Notes: a model not told the origin generated them from the sequence alone. A DNA stretch of 63,531 bases, filler included, from Globobulimina sp. (GCA_003354225.1; 49 parts of 49 records of this genome joined end to end with filler, not necessarily neighbours in it), one strand, 5' to 3'; counted from the first letter of the whole stretch, positions 1-13,258 are shown. Translations and numbers: made by a program.

Positions 1-705
1 CATTCGGTGGAATCGGGTGCGTATAAATATGATCCGCATAATGCATACTTTTTATGTGATAATGATGATTATAAATGGCAATCGATACACAAACAACCTT
101 CGTATGCTATCATTGAAGCGAAATATAACTCAGATCTCAAATTGTATGGTGTTCCATTCATATATGGTCCCATTGAAAGGATGATATTTTGTCGAAGCAA
201 TGAGTTATTAAATTATTATTATGGCGAAAACGTAAAGATTTATGAGAATTTGATGTATGTATCCAGCCAAATATTTGCGTGGATTTTTAGTTTATTGACA
301 TTTATTGTTCCGTATTTATTAAAATTCAGTTTATTTAGATCATGTTTTGTTGCCTTAGTAAGACGGATGGCATATAAACAAGGAAAAGGACCAAGTATTT
401 CCAAATTAAAAAATGCGAAATGGAGAGAACATATTTATATTTATGGGAAAAATAAGGATAAAAATAAAAATGATGTTATTTGTGAAGTGGATATAAAAAT
501 ATTTGGTGATTATGGATATTTGAATACAGCAAAGTTATTGATCGAACAGGGAATAATATGTTCATTGCAAAGAAATAATGCAAAAATTCGGAAAATTAAA
601 GGTGGTTTTTTAACGCCGGCGGCTTGTTTTAAAAATAGTTTGCCGAAAAGATTAGATTCGCGGTTAAAGGAATTTGAAATATCATATAAAATTATTAAAG
701 ACTGA
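1..705 (+). CDS. Saccharopine dehydrogenase-like oxidoreductase (SCCPDH type), C-terminal part
   Basis: GDYGYLNTAKLLIEQG and GGFLTPAACF match the conserved C-terminal GY..TA and GG..TPA motifs; 5' truncated. Confidence 0.75.
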   Translation, partial: HSVESGAYKYDPHNAYFLCDNDDYKWQSIHKQPSYAIIEAKYNSDLKLYGVPFIYGPIERMIFCRSNELLNYYYGENVKIYENLMYVSSQIFAWIFSLLTFIVPYLLKFSLFRSCFVALVRRMAYKQGKGPSISKLKNAKWREHIYIYGKNKDKNKNDVICEVDIKIFGDYGYLNTAKLLIEQGIICSLQRNNAKIRKIKGGFLTPAACFKNSLPKRLDSRLKEFEISYKIIKD

Positions 706-1200
706 TCAAAATATGATACGGAAAATCAATTATGCACTGATTATTATTTGTAACTTTTGTAACTTTTGAAATTAATTAATTTGTTCTGACTTTGTTCTGG
801 ATTTGCAAAGCGTTCCTCAGATAATTGAATAAAATGTATACAACTTATCGACCAGGAGGGTGGGGGGTTATCTTTTGGAATATATCGTTTAGTATTTTAT
901 AATTGCTATGCTGAGGAATTGATTCTGTAATCCAATTAATTTAAATGTTGCAAATATAAAGTTAGCATATTCTTAATTGAACTCTCATCGGATAAAACAA
1001 TATGCAAATGTTTTTTTAGTCGTTCAATTCTTGTTTCATTTCCAAATGCAATTAGACTATGGCCAACTAAGTTTTTTTTGAGACCGTTACATTTAAAGTC
1101 TACTTATGTCTAAGAGGATTGCTTGCCAGCAGCGTGGATTAATAAATAGTCATCACTCTATTGCCTCTACTGTCTCTCCATATGGTTTATAATCCATTTG

Positions 1201-1300
1201 NNNNNNNNNNNNNNNNNNNNNNNNNNNNNNNNNNNNNNNNNNNNTTAATTAATTAANNNNNNNNNNNNNNNNNNNNNNNNNNNNNNNNNNNNNNNNNNNN
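1201..1300. other. Artificial contig spacer N44-TTAATTAATTAA-N44, first of 48, recurring about every 1.3 kb
   Basis: Identical 100-bp unit with six-frame stops; flanking contigs are unrelated and sorted by length. Confidence 0.99.
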
Positions 1301-1627
1301 AGATGTGGTATGTTATGCAGAGCGGAAACACACACAGATTTTATCAAATGATGAAATACGACACTTGCTTGAGAATAAAAAAGACATTGTTTGGAAGATC
1401 GCCTTTCGATTTTATCAGTCAAACTTGTTTATACCGTAGCACTTTAATAATGTTTCATGCTACGTACATGTTTTTTGGCACCAAATTTGTACATGTTTAT
1501 TGTCTTCAGTAATGACGCTGGAAAACACCTGTTTCCAAGTGTTTCTAAGTACTAACACGTCCTATTCTAAAGTACACGAATTGGCTGTTACAGGTTACCA
1601 TTCACGTCAAACGTTTAGCTATTCAAA

Positions 1628-2500
1628 TTAAGGCAACATCATTCGTTTTGTTTTACGTTTGGTGCAACACCACAAACAACAAAATTTATATTTATAAAAC
1701 AGCCACGGATTATCAAATATTGATAATATTAGCAAAGACATAGTACTTACAATCCACACAATTTTCCATCTATCAAATCTTCCGTAAGTAACTTTAATCA
1801 TTGTCATTATTGCATACATTCCAACTCCTAAAAAAAATAACATTAACAATGCCACCAATATGCCACAGCACCACCATCGTAATTTATATTTTGTAATTGT
1901 AATATGATTATAATGGTAATTATTGTTACTTGTGCCATAATTTATTTGTTCATTTGTTTGTAATGAGATGGATTGCTGTCTATTACGGTTCGCATTGATA
2001 TATGAAACATAACATCGATGACAATATTTACATAAACTGTATAATATATATACAAAATGAAATATCATCAAAGGGATAGATATCCATATTGTATATGTCA
2101 GTATTTCTTCAGTATTATTTACAATAGAACTTATCTCACAAATTATTTGTTTATTATTATTACCAACTATCAAATCTTTGCGATAAAATTGAAATGGTTT
2201 AAATAATAAATACAAACATATCTCAGATATCAATACATTATAAATCAATATCCATCTTATAATTATTATAATGTATATTTATTAGTGAGAAACAGATAAA
2301 AACAATGTGAATACCTTAATAATGTCATGTATATATCCGCCATTATCCAGGATATAAATATTATACATAACAATGCAAACGAATATAATGAAGTAATGGC
2401 AATAGCCATAATACCATACATTTCATACGATTTAACCCAAAATATTAATGTTGTGATTGGTGTCCGATCTTCAGTGCAACCAGAAATTGTATACCAATCC
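1628..2500 (-). CDS. Multi-pass membrane protein, partial
   Basis: Several hydrophobic segments in ORF 1628-2248; the upstream extent is uncertain. Confidence 0.5.
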
Positions 2501-2646
2501 NNNNNNNNNNNNNNNNNNNNNNNNNNNNNNNNNNNNNNNNNNNNTTAATTAATTAANNNNNNNNNNNNNNNNNNNNNNNNNNNNNNNNNNNNNNNNNNNN
2601 AAAAAAAACAAAAAAAACAAAAAAAATATATATATATAGTAAACAC

Positions 2647-3495
2647 TTATGCGCCGTCCAACACTCCTTTAACATTCGCAATTTTATATAATTCTTCCAT
2701 ATAAAAGGTTGAATCACGATCACTTAACAATAATATCGGCGGAGATAGCATCGAGCTACATCTTTGCATCAAAAACAATATCAATAATCCAGCACTTATT
2801 GTGGTGGTAACACTGAACAGGACGTCTTCGGGAAATACTAAATAATCACAAAAATACCAAATAGAACGCCAGAAAGCAACATTTGTAAATCCAAATAACG
2901 AGATTAATAAATATTGCACCAACTTCTTGAAAATAATACAGGCCTTTTTCTCTTCTCTCTCATCATCAAACACATTTCGTAGCGAAGCATATACAGTCTT
3001 CCTATGTTTGTTTGGTACGAATAAAACGAGGATACATGCAATGATTGGCAATGACACCGCGATCGCCATGGAGCACCAGGCGGAGAATAACGTGGTTTCG
3101 GGAATTGTAGCATCGAATGACAACAAATAATCCAACAATACCCAGCATCCCCTCCAATACATAACAACTGCCATTGCGGTCAATGTATGGATACAAATCC
3201 ATTTCAATATATAACAAATGCGGTTGATTTTGGAACGGGAACCTTGCGAGTTCGATTTAGCAGTTACGGGGAGTCTTATTTTATGGATTTGAGGGGATTT
3301 GGGGGCTATGAACGACGGTGACAGATTTATGTCATAATTAAACGAGCTGTTTGTAGCGATAATCGGTAGAGCTGTTTGTGGCGGTAGTAGCGTCAATTCA
3401 GCATCTTGCACATTTGTAGTTTCTACAGTATCTGTCATATGCTTTGGATCAGGCTCCATGCTCTGAAAATGTTGAAAAACTATAAAAGATCGCAT
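2647..3495 (-). CDS. Fuseless-family membrane protein
   Basis: Two repeats, VVMYWRGCWVLLD and VAFWRSIWYFCD (W-R-G-x-W), plus a C-terminal SPP motif. Confidence 0.75.
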   Translation of the reverse strand: MRSFIVFQHFQSMEPDPKHMTDTVETTNVQDAELTLLPPQTALPIIATNSSFNYDINLSPSFIAPKSPQIHKIRLPVTAKSNSQGSRSKINRICYILKWICIHTLTAMAVVMYWRGCWVLLDYLLSFDATIPETTLFSAWCSMAIAVSLPIIACILVLFVPNKHRKTVYASLRNVFDDEREEKKACIIFKKLVQYLLISLFGFTNVAFWRSIWYFCDYLVFPEDVLFSVTTTISAGLLILFLMQRCSSMLSPPILLLSDRDSTFYMEELYKIANVKGVLDGA

Positions 3496-3572
3496 GAATT
3501 GAAAATGTCAATTGTCGTTACTTGGTAAAACCACATTAAGAGTACTGGCTGGACAGAGGATGTTTATCCTTT

Positions 3573-3800
3573 TTATAGGATGGAATATTGATAAGAGCTG
3601 ATTGAAACATTCAACACAGCGATTTCAATCGGCATCACCGTGTTATCGTACAATTCAGACACGCCGATTTCTTGAATGAGTTGTTTCTTATTCAACAATC
3701 TCACCATTTCCAAAGTATCGATTCCTGCATTCACAAAATGTCGATAATATCGTGTCATTATTGCTTGCTGAACAATGTGAATATGAATATGAATGATGAT
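3573..3800 (-). CDS. SAM-domain fragment
   Basis: YYRHFVNAGIDTLEMVRLLNKKQLIQEIGV fits the SAM pattern. Confidence 0.55.
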   Translation of the reverse strand: MIIHIHIHIVQQAIMTRYYRHFVNAGIDTLEMVRLLNKKQLIQEIGVSELYDNTVMPIEIAVLNVSISSYQYSIL

Positions 3801-3900
3801 NNNNNNNNNNNNNNNNNNNNNNNNNNNNNNNNNNNNNNNNNNNNTTAATTAATTAANNNNNNNNNNNNNNNNNNNNNNNNNNNNNNNNNNNNNNNNNNNN

Positions 3901-4598
3901 AGTTGAACTTGAAATTGAACTTCATCGGCATCACAAAAACAATCACCTGAGAAGTTACCACATAGTCCACATAACTCAGATTCTGAATAACAACAACAAC
4001 TCTCACAATAACCATCCGTATCTTTCCACTCACCACACTCTGTGCAATAGCTGCCATCATATTTATAATGTATTGATCTCAAATAATCTTCCATTGTTTG
4101 ATATATCTGAGTTTTATGTAATTGTAAATCTAACACTAATTCTCCTTTCTTATCTACAATTAAATTGTTTAAATGATATGTATATGGCATTTGAACGATT
4201 TCTATTTTCATTCTTTTCATATCAGTGTCTCTATCAATGTTTGTCCATTGTTCCAATTGGAAAGTCATCATCAATTCAATTTCCTTTATTGGCATTTCCA
4301 AACTCTGACGGATTGTATTATATTTATAAAAACGAATGGAATCATTCATTGAAACAAATGACAATGTTTTTACAAACTGTAACGGATAATTATCCAATAA
4401 TATATGTTTCCTGCATGCATATTTTGTTGCAATTTTGCTCTTAACATCACCCCTATTTCTGTCTCCAATCACCAAATCTTCAAGTTGATGATGGAATAAT
4501 TCATTCAATCTCTCTGTACATTCCATTTTCTCCATCGACAATTTCAAATCAAATATCAATTTTATAACAGCATCCGGAACCTGTGCTAGCAACGACAT
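3901..4598 (-). CDS. Hypothetical protein with Cys-rich segment, 3' truncated
   Basis: Open frame with a CTEC/CESCCC/CGLC cluster. Confidence 0.5.
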
Positions 4599-4795
4599 AT
4601 TCTTCCTGTTTTGGTATTTGAGAAATTAACATTATGATATTATTGAATTTGTATAAATTGCAAGCGTACCTTGTTTAACTTCGGCGTGATTAAAAGCAGG
4701 TCGAGAGTCCGATTACAGAGGTTTTCTTTTAATATTCGAAACCTGAAAATTATAAAAAAAAGCTTCAAAACACTAAGAAATCAAACCGACTGATC

Positions 4796-5100
4796 ATGAC
4801 TTCGAACAACAAATCAAATGATGACGAGCAAAGTGCACAATCACATCAGTACAACGAAGCTATCATCAATCAATTGCTTGAACTACAAATAGGTGAATTC
4901 ATGCACGTTCACATCAATTAATCTAAATATTTACCATTACATAGGCACCAAATCGCAAATCATATCTGCTATGCAACAGGTACAAAATAAAAATAATATC
5001 GAGGAACCAGCTGAATATATAATGTCAATAAATGATAAAACTAATTCAACTCAACAAAATAAAGAAAATCACCAAAGTGATAAAATTAACACATTAACCG
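4796..5100 (+). CDS. Protein with N-terminal UBA-like helix bundle; intron 4893-4944
   Basis: Splicing the GT..AG intron joins IINQLLELQI to GTKSQIISAM in frame. Confidence 0.5.
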
Positions 5101-5200
5101 NNNNNNNNNNNNNNNNNNNNNNNNNNNNNNNNNNNNNNNNNNNNTTAATTAATTAANNNNNNNNNNNNNNNNNNNNNNNNNNNNNNNNNNNNNNNNNNNN

Positions 5201-6171
5201 GAACATAAGTTTGTAAACCAAGTCGCCGTATGACTCCAATCCGCTTTTACAATCGCCCACATTTTATAGCCAAACCACCACATAAAAGCACACAAAATGA
5301 TGGGTATTATACTGATTGTTATCTTATAAAACCACATTTGACCAATCACCGTAAAATAAGCCAAAAACACTGCTTGTAATAAGGTCTCATTTGCATAAAA
5401 CACCCATGTCAAAGTGAAGAAAATGCCGAAGAAATCAACCACGATACATAGCCAGGTCCAGATAAATGTATTTATGTCAATGCCTTGGGAGAAAACAAGC
5501 GATTTACTCATTACACTGAACATTGATAGGAATATGGAAATAATTGAGATATAATTTGCTTCTTTGTAATAAACAATGGCAGTGATTTGCAATAATGACT
5601 GGGGAATCGCTTCCAATCCAGCTTCCATTATAAAGCCCATATGTTTGGATACTTTTTGTAGCATCCACTGAGTCATTTTGCTGGATGATGCGTTTCGGTG
5701 ATTGATGGCAATCGTATTTTCCATATCTAGTCCTGTGATATCATGTAATTTGGATGAAAATGGAGAATTCGGATTGTCTGTAAAATAAATAAAAAACGAA
5801 ATCAGTGATCCAAATGGTAATAGTAATAGGAAGGTGGCGAACCAGCAACATTCATTCTTGCATGCATCGCCAATATGATATCTTATTAAAAATGTGAATG
5901 AGTAGGCAATATGTGCTACCATTAAGATGGTGAATGAAAATACAAAGAATATCGTTCTTTCTTTGTAATAAAACGAGACCAGGACAATAATGTCAGTCGA
6001 GACATCTGCAATGGATATTAATATTGTTGTGAGGTCATACGTAAAAGACAGACACTTTTTAAAAGGAGTTGACATGTCAAGAAAAGTGGGTTTTTTGCAA
6101 AGTATCAAATAAAAAGTGACAAAAAAAATAATTTGTAGTAAATCATTAATGGCAGTTATGGCACTGCCCAT
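5201..6171 (-). CDS. XK-related (scramblase family) membrane protein, partial
   Basis: IADVSTDIIV and EAGLEAIPQSLLQ are XK signature motifs. Confidence 0.8.
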
Positions 6172-6523
6172 AAAATTAAGCAGCCAATACAGTTTGATTA
6201 GAGGTGCAAGGATATAGCCATCTTTCTGTCATACCACTAAAGAACCTGATCACTTTTTTCACTTTCTGTGTAGGCTTTTAAATTGCAATTCCTACTCCTC
6301 TAAAGTCTATGGATCGATAAACTGTACTTGGCTATGTCCTATCTTGTGTACAGAGCCATCATCTTCCATGGTCAATAGTGCTAAATGTTTGAAGAAAAAC
6401 NNNNNNNNNNNNNNNNNNNNNNNNNNNNNNNNNNNNNNNNNNNNTTAATTAATTAANNNNNNNNNNNNNNNNNNNNNNNNNNNNNNNNNNNNNNNNNNNN
6501 GCGTTAAAATGTGACATATAAAA

Positions 6524-7288
6524 CTATATGTTTTTTGCAACGAGTACATAACTGTACATATTGAGATAAAATGCGAGATCGCAGATCTCCACTAAATTAT
6601 TGTTCCGGTTGCCTTCGTGCGAAAATATTATCATTGTATGTTTACCAAATGGTTGTTGAATAGATGTAAATTGCATGACAGATAAAAGAATTGCTTGTGA
6701 TTGGTCTGTGTTATATGTTCTTTGCATTGAATCAATATTTATATTTAATATGGAATCTGTTATTTGTGATATCGTCATTGATTCAGATTGTTTGAATGCT
6801 ATACGAATATGAACGCTTTCATCATACAATATGATGGATATTAAATTATTTGGTGTTAATGTTGAACTTATTGTATCCGCAATAATATTTTGTATATATG
6901 TGAATTCTTGATTTGATGGTAAGGACAATATGGAGATATCAATGAGGAATAATACATTCATTGGGATATCTGGCTTTAGTTTGCAATTACAAGCTGGTGC
7001 TTTATTATCCCACCAACAGCCATATATTTGCTGATAATGTGCCGAATTACATTCAATTTCCGACCCTATTACTGAACATTCTGGGTATTTCTTGTAAACT
7101 GTATATAATCCATGAACATGAACGCATATATTTGAATGAAATATATTTGAATGAAATATATTTTTATTACCTGGCTGGATATGAGAATGAACAATGTATG
7201 ATGCGATTATTAGTGATAATAAGCATAATTTGATTAAGTTTGTCGATGTCTGCTTCACAGTCATGACGCTACACATTATTATTAGCAA
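6524..7288 (-). CDS. Secreted protein with degenerate vWA domain, partial
   Basis: Hydrophobic N-terminus; NVLFLIDIS, IILYDESVH and MIIFS strands. Confidence 0.55.
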   Translation of the reverse strand: MLIIMCSVMTVKQTSTNLIKLCLLSLIIASYIVHSHIQPGNKNIFHSNIFHSNICVHVHGLYTVYKKYPECSVIGSEIECNSAHYQQIYGCWWDNKAPACNCKLKPDIPMNVLFLIDISILSLPSNQEFTYIQNIIADTISSTLTPNNLISIILYDESVHIRIAFKQSESMTISQITDSILNINIDSMQRTYNTDQSQAILLSVMQFTSIQQPFGKHTMIIFSHEGNRNNNLVEICDLAFYLNMYSYVLVAKNI

Positions 7289-7880
7289 TCAAATGTAAAA
7301 TTGTGAGCTTCAGAGTTTTTAAAACTTCTGGGGGTTTTCGATTTTTTCAGACTCGTCGCTTTGCTATTTTCCAAATAGTGAATCCTATCACTTGTGGTGT
7401 TCAGTTCAACCAAAAAGACAACACCCAAATTGCATTGACAATTGAGACAGAGGCTACAATTTGAAAACAATCCAACAAACACAACATGTCTGGCTACAGA
7501 GGAGTTACGACTCTACAAACAATCCCCAAAAATCCTATTACAATTCACATTACATACAATCCACACAGAATTATTACGGTTATGCCGAACAATATCCATC
7601 CTACGATTACAGCCAATATTACGATAATCGTAGTTATAACCAACGTCGTGGCGCTACCGGTTCAGTCAATTTACGAAAACGACCGCGTCTACCAGGTCGA
7701 NNNNNNNNNNNNNNNNNNNNNNNNNNNNNNNNNNNNNNNNNNNNTTAATTAATTAANNNNNNNNNNNNNNNNNNNNNNNNNNNNNNNNNNNNNNNNNNNN
7801 GGCGTTCCGCTGGTTGTTGGCTTCCATGTTATTGGTGGTATGGCTGAGGCTAAATACGATGGGGGCGATGCTGATATCGA

Positions 7881-8759
7881 TCAATATAGAAAACGTAAAT
7901 TGAGAAGAAAGAAGCATAATTTCGCACGTTTGCTTAGATAACGTGTAATGTATGGCGATTGCGATAATATTTGAATCGATGTATTCATAAAGCATGTATT
8001 CCCTAAATTTCTTAGCCCGACAATACCATTAACTACACTTTTGTTTGTTGCTTGCTTTGTTGTTGATCCCTTTTCATCATCACATGTATCACTTGATAGC
8101 GTTTTTGTTTGTGCATATTGCTTTTTTGCTAATTTTAATTGTTCCATAAATCGTTTGCGCCATAATTTCTTTGGTATAATTAATGTTAAATCATGGATGT
8201 CGGTATCCAATAATTCTCGACCATCGATATGCTGTGGAAATGCAGAGGCATATTCTTTATATGATGCCATTGATTTTATCCATGATTTAACATCTTTAGC
8301 ACTCCACGCAATCATTGCTTTGTCATTCCATTTGTTACTCTTTTTTTGTTTTGGTCCTGTTCCAGATGTTTCTGATTTATTTTTGCTTGGATCATCAACT
8401 GTGTCTTCATCCATGTCTCCATCATTTGTAACCCGTAATTTTTCAAATCTTTCGATCAATACGTCGATCTTTCGCCCCAATGCTTCCACCGCAACCTCCA
8501 TCTGGTCTATGTGTGCTTTTTCAACTGTATTTTCAGGAGAATATGGACGCATTCTTGAAGAAATATTGGGTTGGCAGACGTATTCATTTGGAGAATAATT
8601 CGGAATTTCATCCAAATATTTGACTTTATATCCATAAAAAAATCCTCCTTGAAGTCTTAGTACATCTGCAATTTCTGCATTTAACCAACAGTCTGTGCCA
8701 TCTGCTTTTAATTTTACTTGCACTGCTTGTCCTTTCTTATAAATTACGTCTTGTGCCAT
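7881..8759 (-). CDS. Ubiquitin-specific protease (USP) N-terminus with SAM domain and Cys box
   Basis: GLRNLGNTCFMNTSIQILS Cys box; WSAKDVKSWI...IDGRELL SAM domain. Confidence 0.85.
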   Translation of the reverse strand: MAQDVIYKKGQAVQVKLKADGTDCWLNAEIADVLRLQGGFFYGYKVKYLDEIPNYSPNEYVCQPNISSRMRPYSPENTVEKAHIDQMEVAVEALGRKIDVLIERFEKLRVTNDGDMDEDTVDDPSKNKSETSGTGPKQKKSNKWNDKAMIAWSAKDVKSWIKSMASYKEYASAFPQHIDGRELLDTDIHDLTLIIPKKLWRKRFMEQLKLAKKQYAQTKTLSSDTCDDEKGSTTKQATNKSVVNGIVGLRNLGNTCFMNTSIQILSQSPYITRYLSKRAKLCFFLLNLRFLY

Positions 8760-9100
8760 TTTATCGATCTGTGATATTACTATATGTAAAATATATGGCA
8801 AAACGTGAAAATTCAGCAGTTACAGGGGAAGATTTCTGGGATGCTGACGATGCCAATGATTTAAAAGAAATGACGGGAGTAAAAAAAAAAAAAGCAAAAA
8901 TATTATGGAGAAAATTGGAAGTTGCAAAAAAAGAAAAATACAAAAGAAAGGAAAAAGAAAAAGGAAAACAGCCAGGTGCCGGCAAAGCTGATGACTCATT
9001 NNNNNNNNNNNNNNNNNNNNNNNNNNNNNNNNNNNNNNNNNNNNTTAATTAATTAANNNNNNNNNNNNNNNNNNNNNNNNNNNNNNNNNNNNNNNNNNNN

Positions 9101-9521
9101 TGGAATTGTTGCTACTTAATGCTGATGAATTGAATAAAAATACTGTGCAGACGGTGTAATTAAAGGTTATATGGACATCGGTATCATTGTAATATTTATA
9201 CACTGTGTACCATGGCGAATAAGTGCGATTGTTGTACAATAAAATTGATGGTGGGTTGGAGGCTCTGCCTTTAATTTCATAATGATTATAATTTTTAAAT
9301 TGCTCAATTTCTTCATTCTTGTACTCCATTGCAAAATTATATAAATGCTCATCTTTTGACTCGTTTGATTCAGCAATTTCAGTGGATTCATGATCATTTG
9401 CTTCATTCTCATATGATTTGGATGTATTATTGTAATCAACAAAGCTTACAGAATAATTGTAATAAACCATCAATGCAATCAATGCTACAAATACAATTGC
9501 AATCTTTTTTAACGAGACCAT
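9101..9521 (-). CDS. Type II membrane protein, 5' part
   Basis: N-terminal signal anchor and many NxS/T sequons. Confidence 0.55.
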
Positions 9522-9539
9522 GCTGAGTAGTTTACAGAA

Positions 9540-10300
9540 ATGTCATCTCAGCGGTATGGGAAAAGCATGGCTAAGTCTTTGAAGTGTGGACACTTGTTTT
9601 GTGTTATTTCATTGTTGATATTAGTGGCCACTCAATATTCGTGTTATTTCATTGCGACGCCAACAGTAAAAGTACTAAAAGATCAAAACATATCACATCA
9701 CACAGACAACACTCAATATTTGTCACAAAGAGTAAAAGAGCAAAACCCATCAAAGCACACAGAGTGTGAGCTATATGCCAATATTTCATACAATGACACA
9801 ATCGCAATTAGTAGAAAGCCACTTTGTATGCAGCAATGTGACTGGTACCGCAGACAAAGATGGTGGTCACTTTACAACACTTCAATTACAACCACAAATG
9901 ACCCATTCCCGCACGTTTCTGCTGCGTACAATTATTCGATTCCAGCAACAAACATTAGCAATTCGCCAGCAACAAACATGTCAATGGCAAAAAACCCCCG
10001 CTGTACATATCAAGGCAAAATCTTCAATATTGGCATTCAAAAAACGGGCACCAGCTCCATGTTGAAGGCATTGCAACATTTTGGCTATCAATGCGTAAGC
10101 AATGCCCACATAAACTTCAGCACCAAGCACATGAATACGTGTCTGTATCATCTCCCGCTCATATTTTCAAACATGCACAGATTCATGAGATATCGACATA
10201 ATTTATGGCGACCATTTTCTGCTGATGACATTTCGTGGGCCTTTGCAAATTCTGCCTATCTCACAGATGTATTTGCGATCTCTCGCGTTAGCCAACTCTT
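9540..10300 (+). CDS. Golgi-type sulfotransferase-family protein, 5' part
   Basis: Signal anchor; KIFNIGIQKTGTSSMLKALQHFGY 5'-PSB loop. Confidence 0.75.
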
Positions 10301-10451
10301 NNNNNNNNNNNNNNNNNNNNNNNNNNNNNNNNNNNNNNNNNNNNTTAATTAATTAANNNNNNNNNNNNNNNNNNNNNNNNNNNNNNNNNNNNNNNNNNNN
10401 TGCATATCAGCGGCCGAAAAAAGACACTGCAGGACATGTTTTACGAACGCA

Positions 10452-11599
10452 ATGGCAATAGATAGTGATATTGTACATGAATGTATTGAAAATAAATGTG
10501 TAGATGTGTATGCTGATAAAAGTTGTTTATCAATGTATGTTGAGACAGTTGAAAAAGATAGCATCGGCATACAAGCAGTAAATAAAGTTATAAAGAGTGA
10601 AAGAATGCAGCAAAAAGTCAAACGCCGAATATTGATACAATGTTATCATAAGTATGGAATAACAATAAAAGAGCCGAGAAAAACACGTATAAGTTCGGCG
10701 ATCAGTTTACAGAATATTGCAGTGAAATCGACCATGTGTAATAAAGTGTGTGTACAATTGGGCGAAGTGAAAATAGACACAAAGGAATTCGACCAAAGGA
10801 CTATTCGTGTATTAGCCAACTCATGCATTGGTATTTCATTGTATGACATGTTTCGTATGCATCCATTTGTCAACTATGTGGTCGATAACTCAAACGTACA
10901 TAGCGAGAGCTCATTTAAAGTCGATAAAGCAGTCAAAGTAGAGAGTTTTGTTGAAAGGCGAAACGACGCGTCAAACGAAACGACGCCCCGACATTCGACA
11001 GCTCCATGTGACGCCATCGATTCTGCGCCCGTGTACGAAATAAACAACGCCCCAATGCATAGAAGCAATATGTATGCACCTGTTACACCTGTGCCGCGCT
11101 CATCGATGCGCGCCCAACGTTATAATACAAAGAGAAAGCGAGCTCAACGTATGCAACGATTAAAGTGCAATAGTAAACGAAAGAAAGTTGTGAAAATACA
11201 AGAAACAACAGTGATTGAAAAACAACAAACTGAGACAAAGGCAACTGAGTTAACATTATCGGAAACAATTACAAAGTATATAGCTGCAAAACAACAAGAG
11301 AAACCTAAACTGCCATCATCTACAATGAAGTTACCAACAGTGATTAAAGTGAAAGAAAGTAAACCTGAATTAAACGATCAGTATATGCAACCACTACACT
11401 GCAACGTCAACCATAACGAGAAATGCCTACATGAGAATAAAGTTAACAATGATTCAATTGAAAGGGTACCACTGGCCGAAAATTATTTTGAGAAATTTAG
11501 TGATGCTGCTATGGGTTATTTAAAGGTTGAAAGTATAGAAAGTGATGAAGAAACAGATAATAATAACCCATCATTAACAAACAACAACAACAATGAGTA
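10452..11599 (+). CDS. Hypothetical protein, partial
   Basis: Uninterrupted ORF of more than 380 codons; no motif recognised. Confidence 0.55.
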
Positions 11600-11699
11600 N
11601 NNNNNNNNNNNNNNNNNNNNNNNNNNNNNNNNNNNNNNNNNNNTTAATTAATTAANNNNNNNNNNNNNNNNNNNNNNNNNNNNNNNNNNNNNNNNNNNN

Positions 11700-12872
11700 T
11701 TTGGATAAAAACGCCGCCAAAACAGAGACATCATCATATTTTGCAATAGGTTTCGGCGGCGGAGATGGTGTCATCAGCGGATTATAATCATATAATTCAT
11801 CATCAACTGACGAATTGTGGCTGGTTTTCGTTTGATTGGAACGTAACGGAGAAGGTAAATCCTTGGCATTCGGACGTTTTCGATTGGATTTGTTTGATTT
11901 GCTATTGGTTTGTCGTTGATTTGGTGTACGTTTGTTAGTATTTGTATTTGAATGGATTTGCTGTTTTTGACGTTTTGAGCGTTGCTGCGATGCTGTCGGA
12001 TGTTGAGAATCGTCCATTTCCTGTTTATCCTCTTTATAAACGACTCTTTGTTGTCGTTTTGGTATTTTACCAACGGAGGAAAGTGAATGTACTGCAGCAT
12101 CATTGGGTGAATCCGGTTTTTGAGCGCCAGCAATATTGGCTGTAATATTTGTATTGGAGATATCATTCATTTTCGAATCGTTGTCATCATCGGTAACCGC
12201 TGAAACATTTTTATTTTTATCAACAGAAAGAGGAGAGATCGACGCCTGGGACTTTGAACCACTTAAACCAGGGAATTCGTGCTGTTTTGACAGTTCTAAA
12301 ATGTCATCGGCATTGATATCATTGCCATCTTCGGTGACATCAAAGTTAGTATCCGCGTCAGAAGCAGAATTGGCATCATTGGTAACATTGGCATCATTGG
12401 CTTGTTGTCCTTCGACAGCATTTGTATTTGTATTAGCTGCTTTTTTCTGAAGGAAAAACGGCGAATCCTTCAACGAATAATGTTTGATCACTGCATAACT
12501 TTTCCAATCTGTCGAACGTCGAAAATTGGACACCGAGTCAGTCGATACCTTTCGGCAAAATGCTGCTAATAACTCAGTTTCATTACGGTTAATATGGGAT
12601 GGTCGAGGCTTCGCTTTTTGATATTTCGTTTTAAAGCGATACAAAATGGCTTTGAACGAGGCCGAAGCGGTCGGGATGATATATACGAACGTACTGTCTT
12701 TAATCATCTTAATCACATCGCGGTAATCCTCTTTATAAAATTTAACCGGCGCTTTCGACGGTCCTTTGAGCGGCTGCTTCATCAACGAAGGCGACATAAA
12801 AAATAGCTTTGGATTCTTCTTCATTTTCTTAGCGAAGGCAATAAACCCCGTGGCGGATACCGCTAATGTCAT
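11700..12872 (-). CDS. Hypothetical, largely disordered protein, partial
   Basis: Long ORF, low-complexity N/D/S/Q/K-rich. Confidence 0.55.
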
Positions 12873-13258
12873 AATGATAAATTATTCTATATGGATCANN
12901 NNNNNNNNNNNNNNNNNNNNNNNNNNNNNNNNNNNNNNNNNNTTAATTAATTAANNNNNNNNNNNNNNNNNNNNNNNNNNNNNNNNNNNNNNNNNNNNAT
13001 ATTGCTCAGTTAATTCATTATATTTGATGCCAACAATATTCATAAATATCCGAGGCGATATCCAACCGTTTGCCATTGAGGCAGTTTTACAGACATTCAT
13101 AAATATCGATGATATGCTCGATAATAAATTATCACAGTTGAGATCATTGTTATTGTCCGATAATTTATCACTTTTTTGTGCATCGTTTTTCTGTTCCTCA
13201 ATATTATTCTGTCGTCATTTAAACAATCAAATAGAACAATTTATGTATGATTTGTGTA

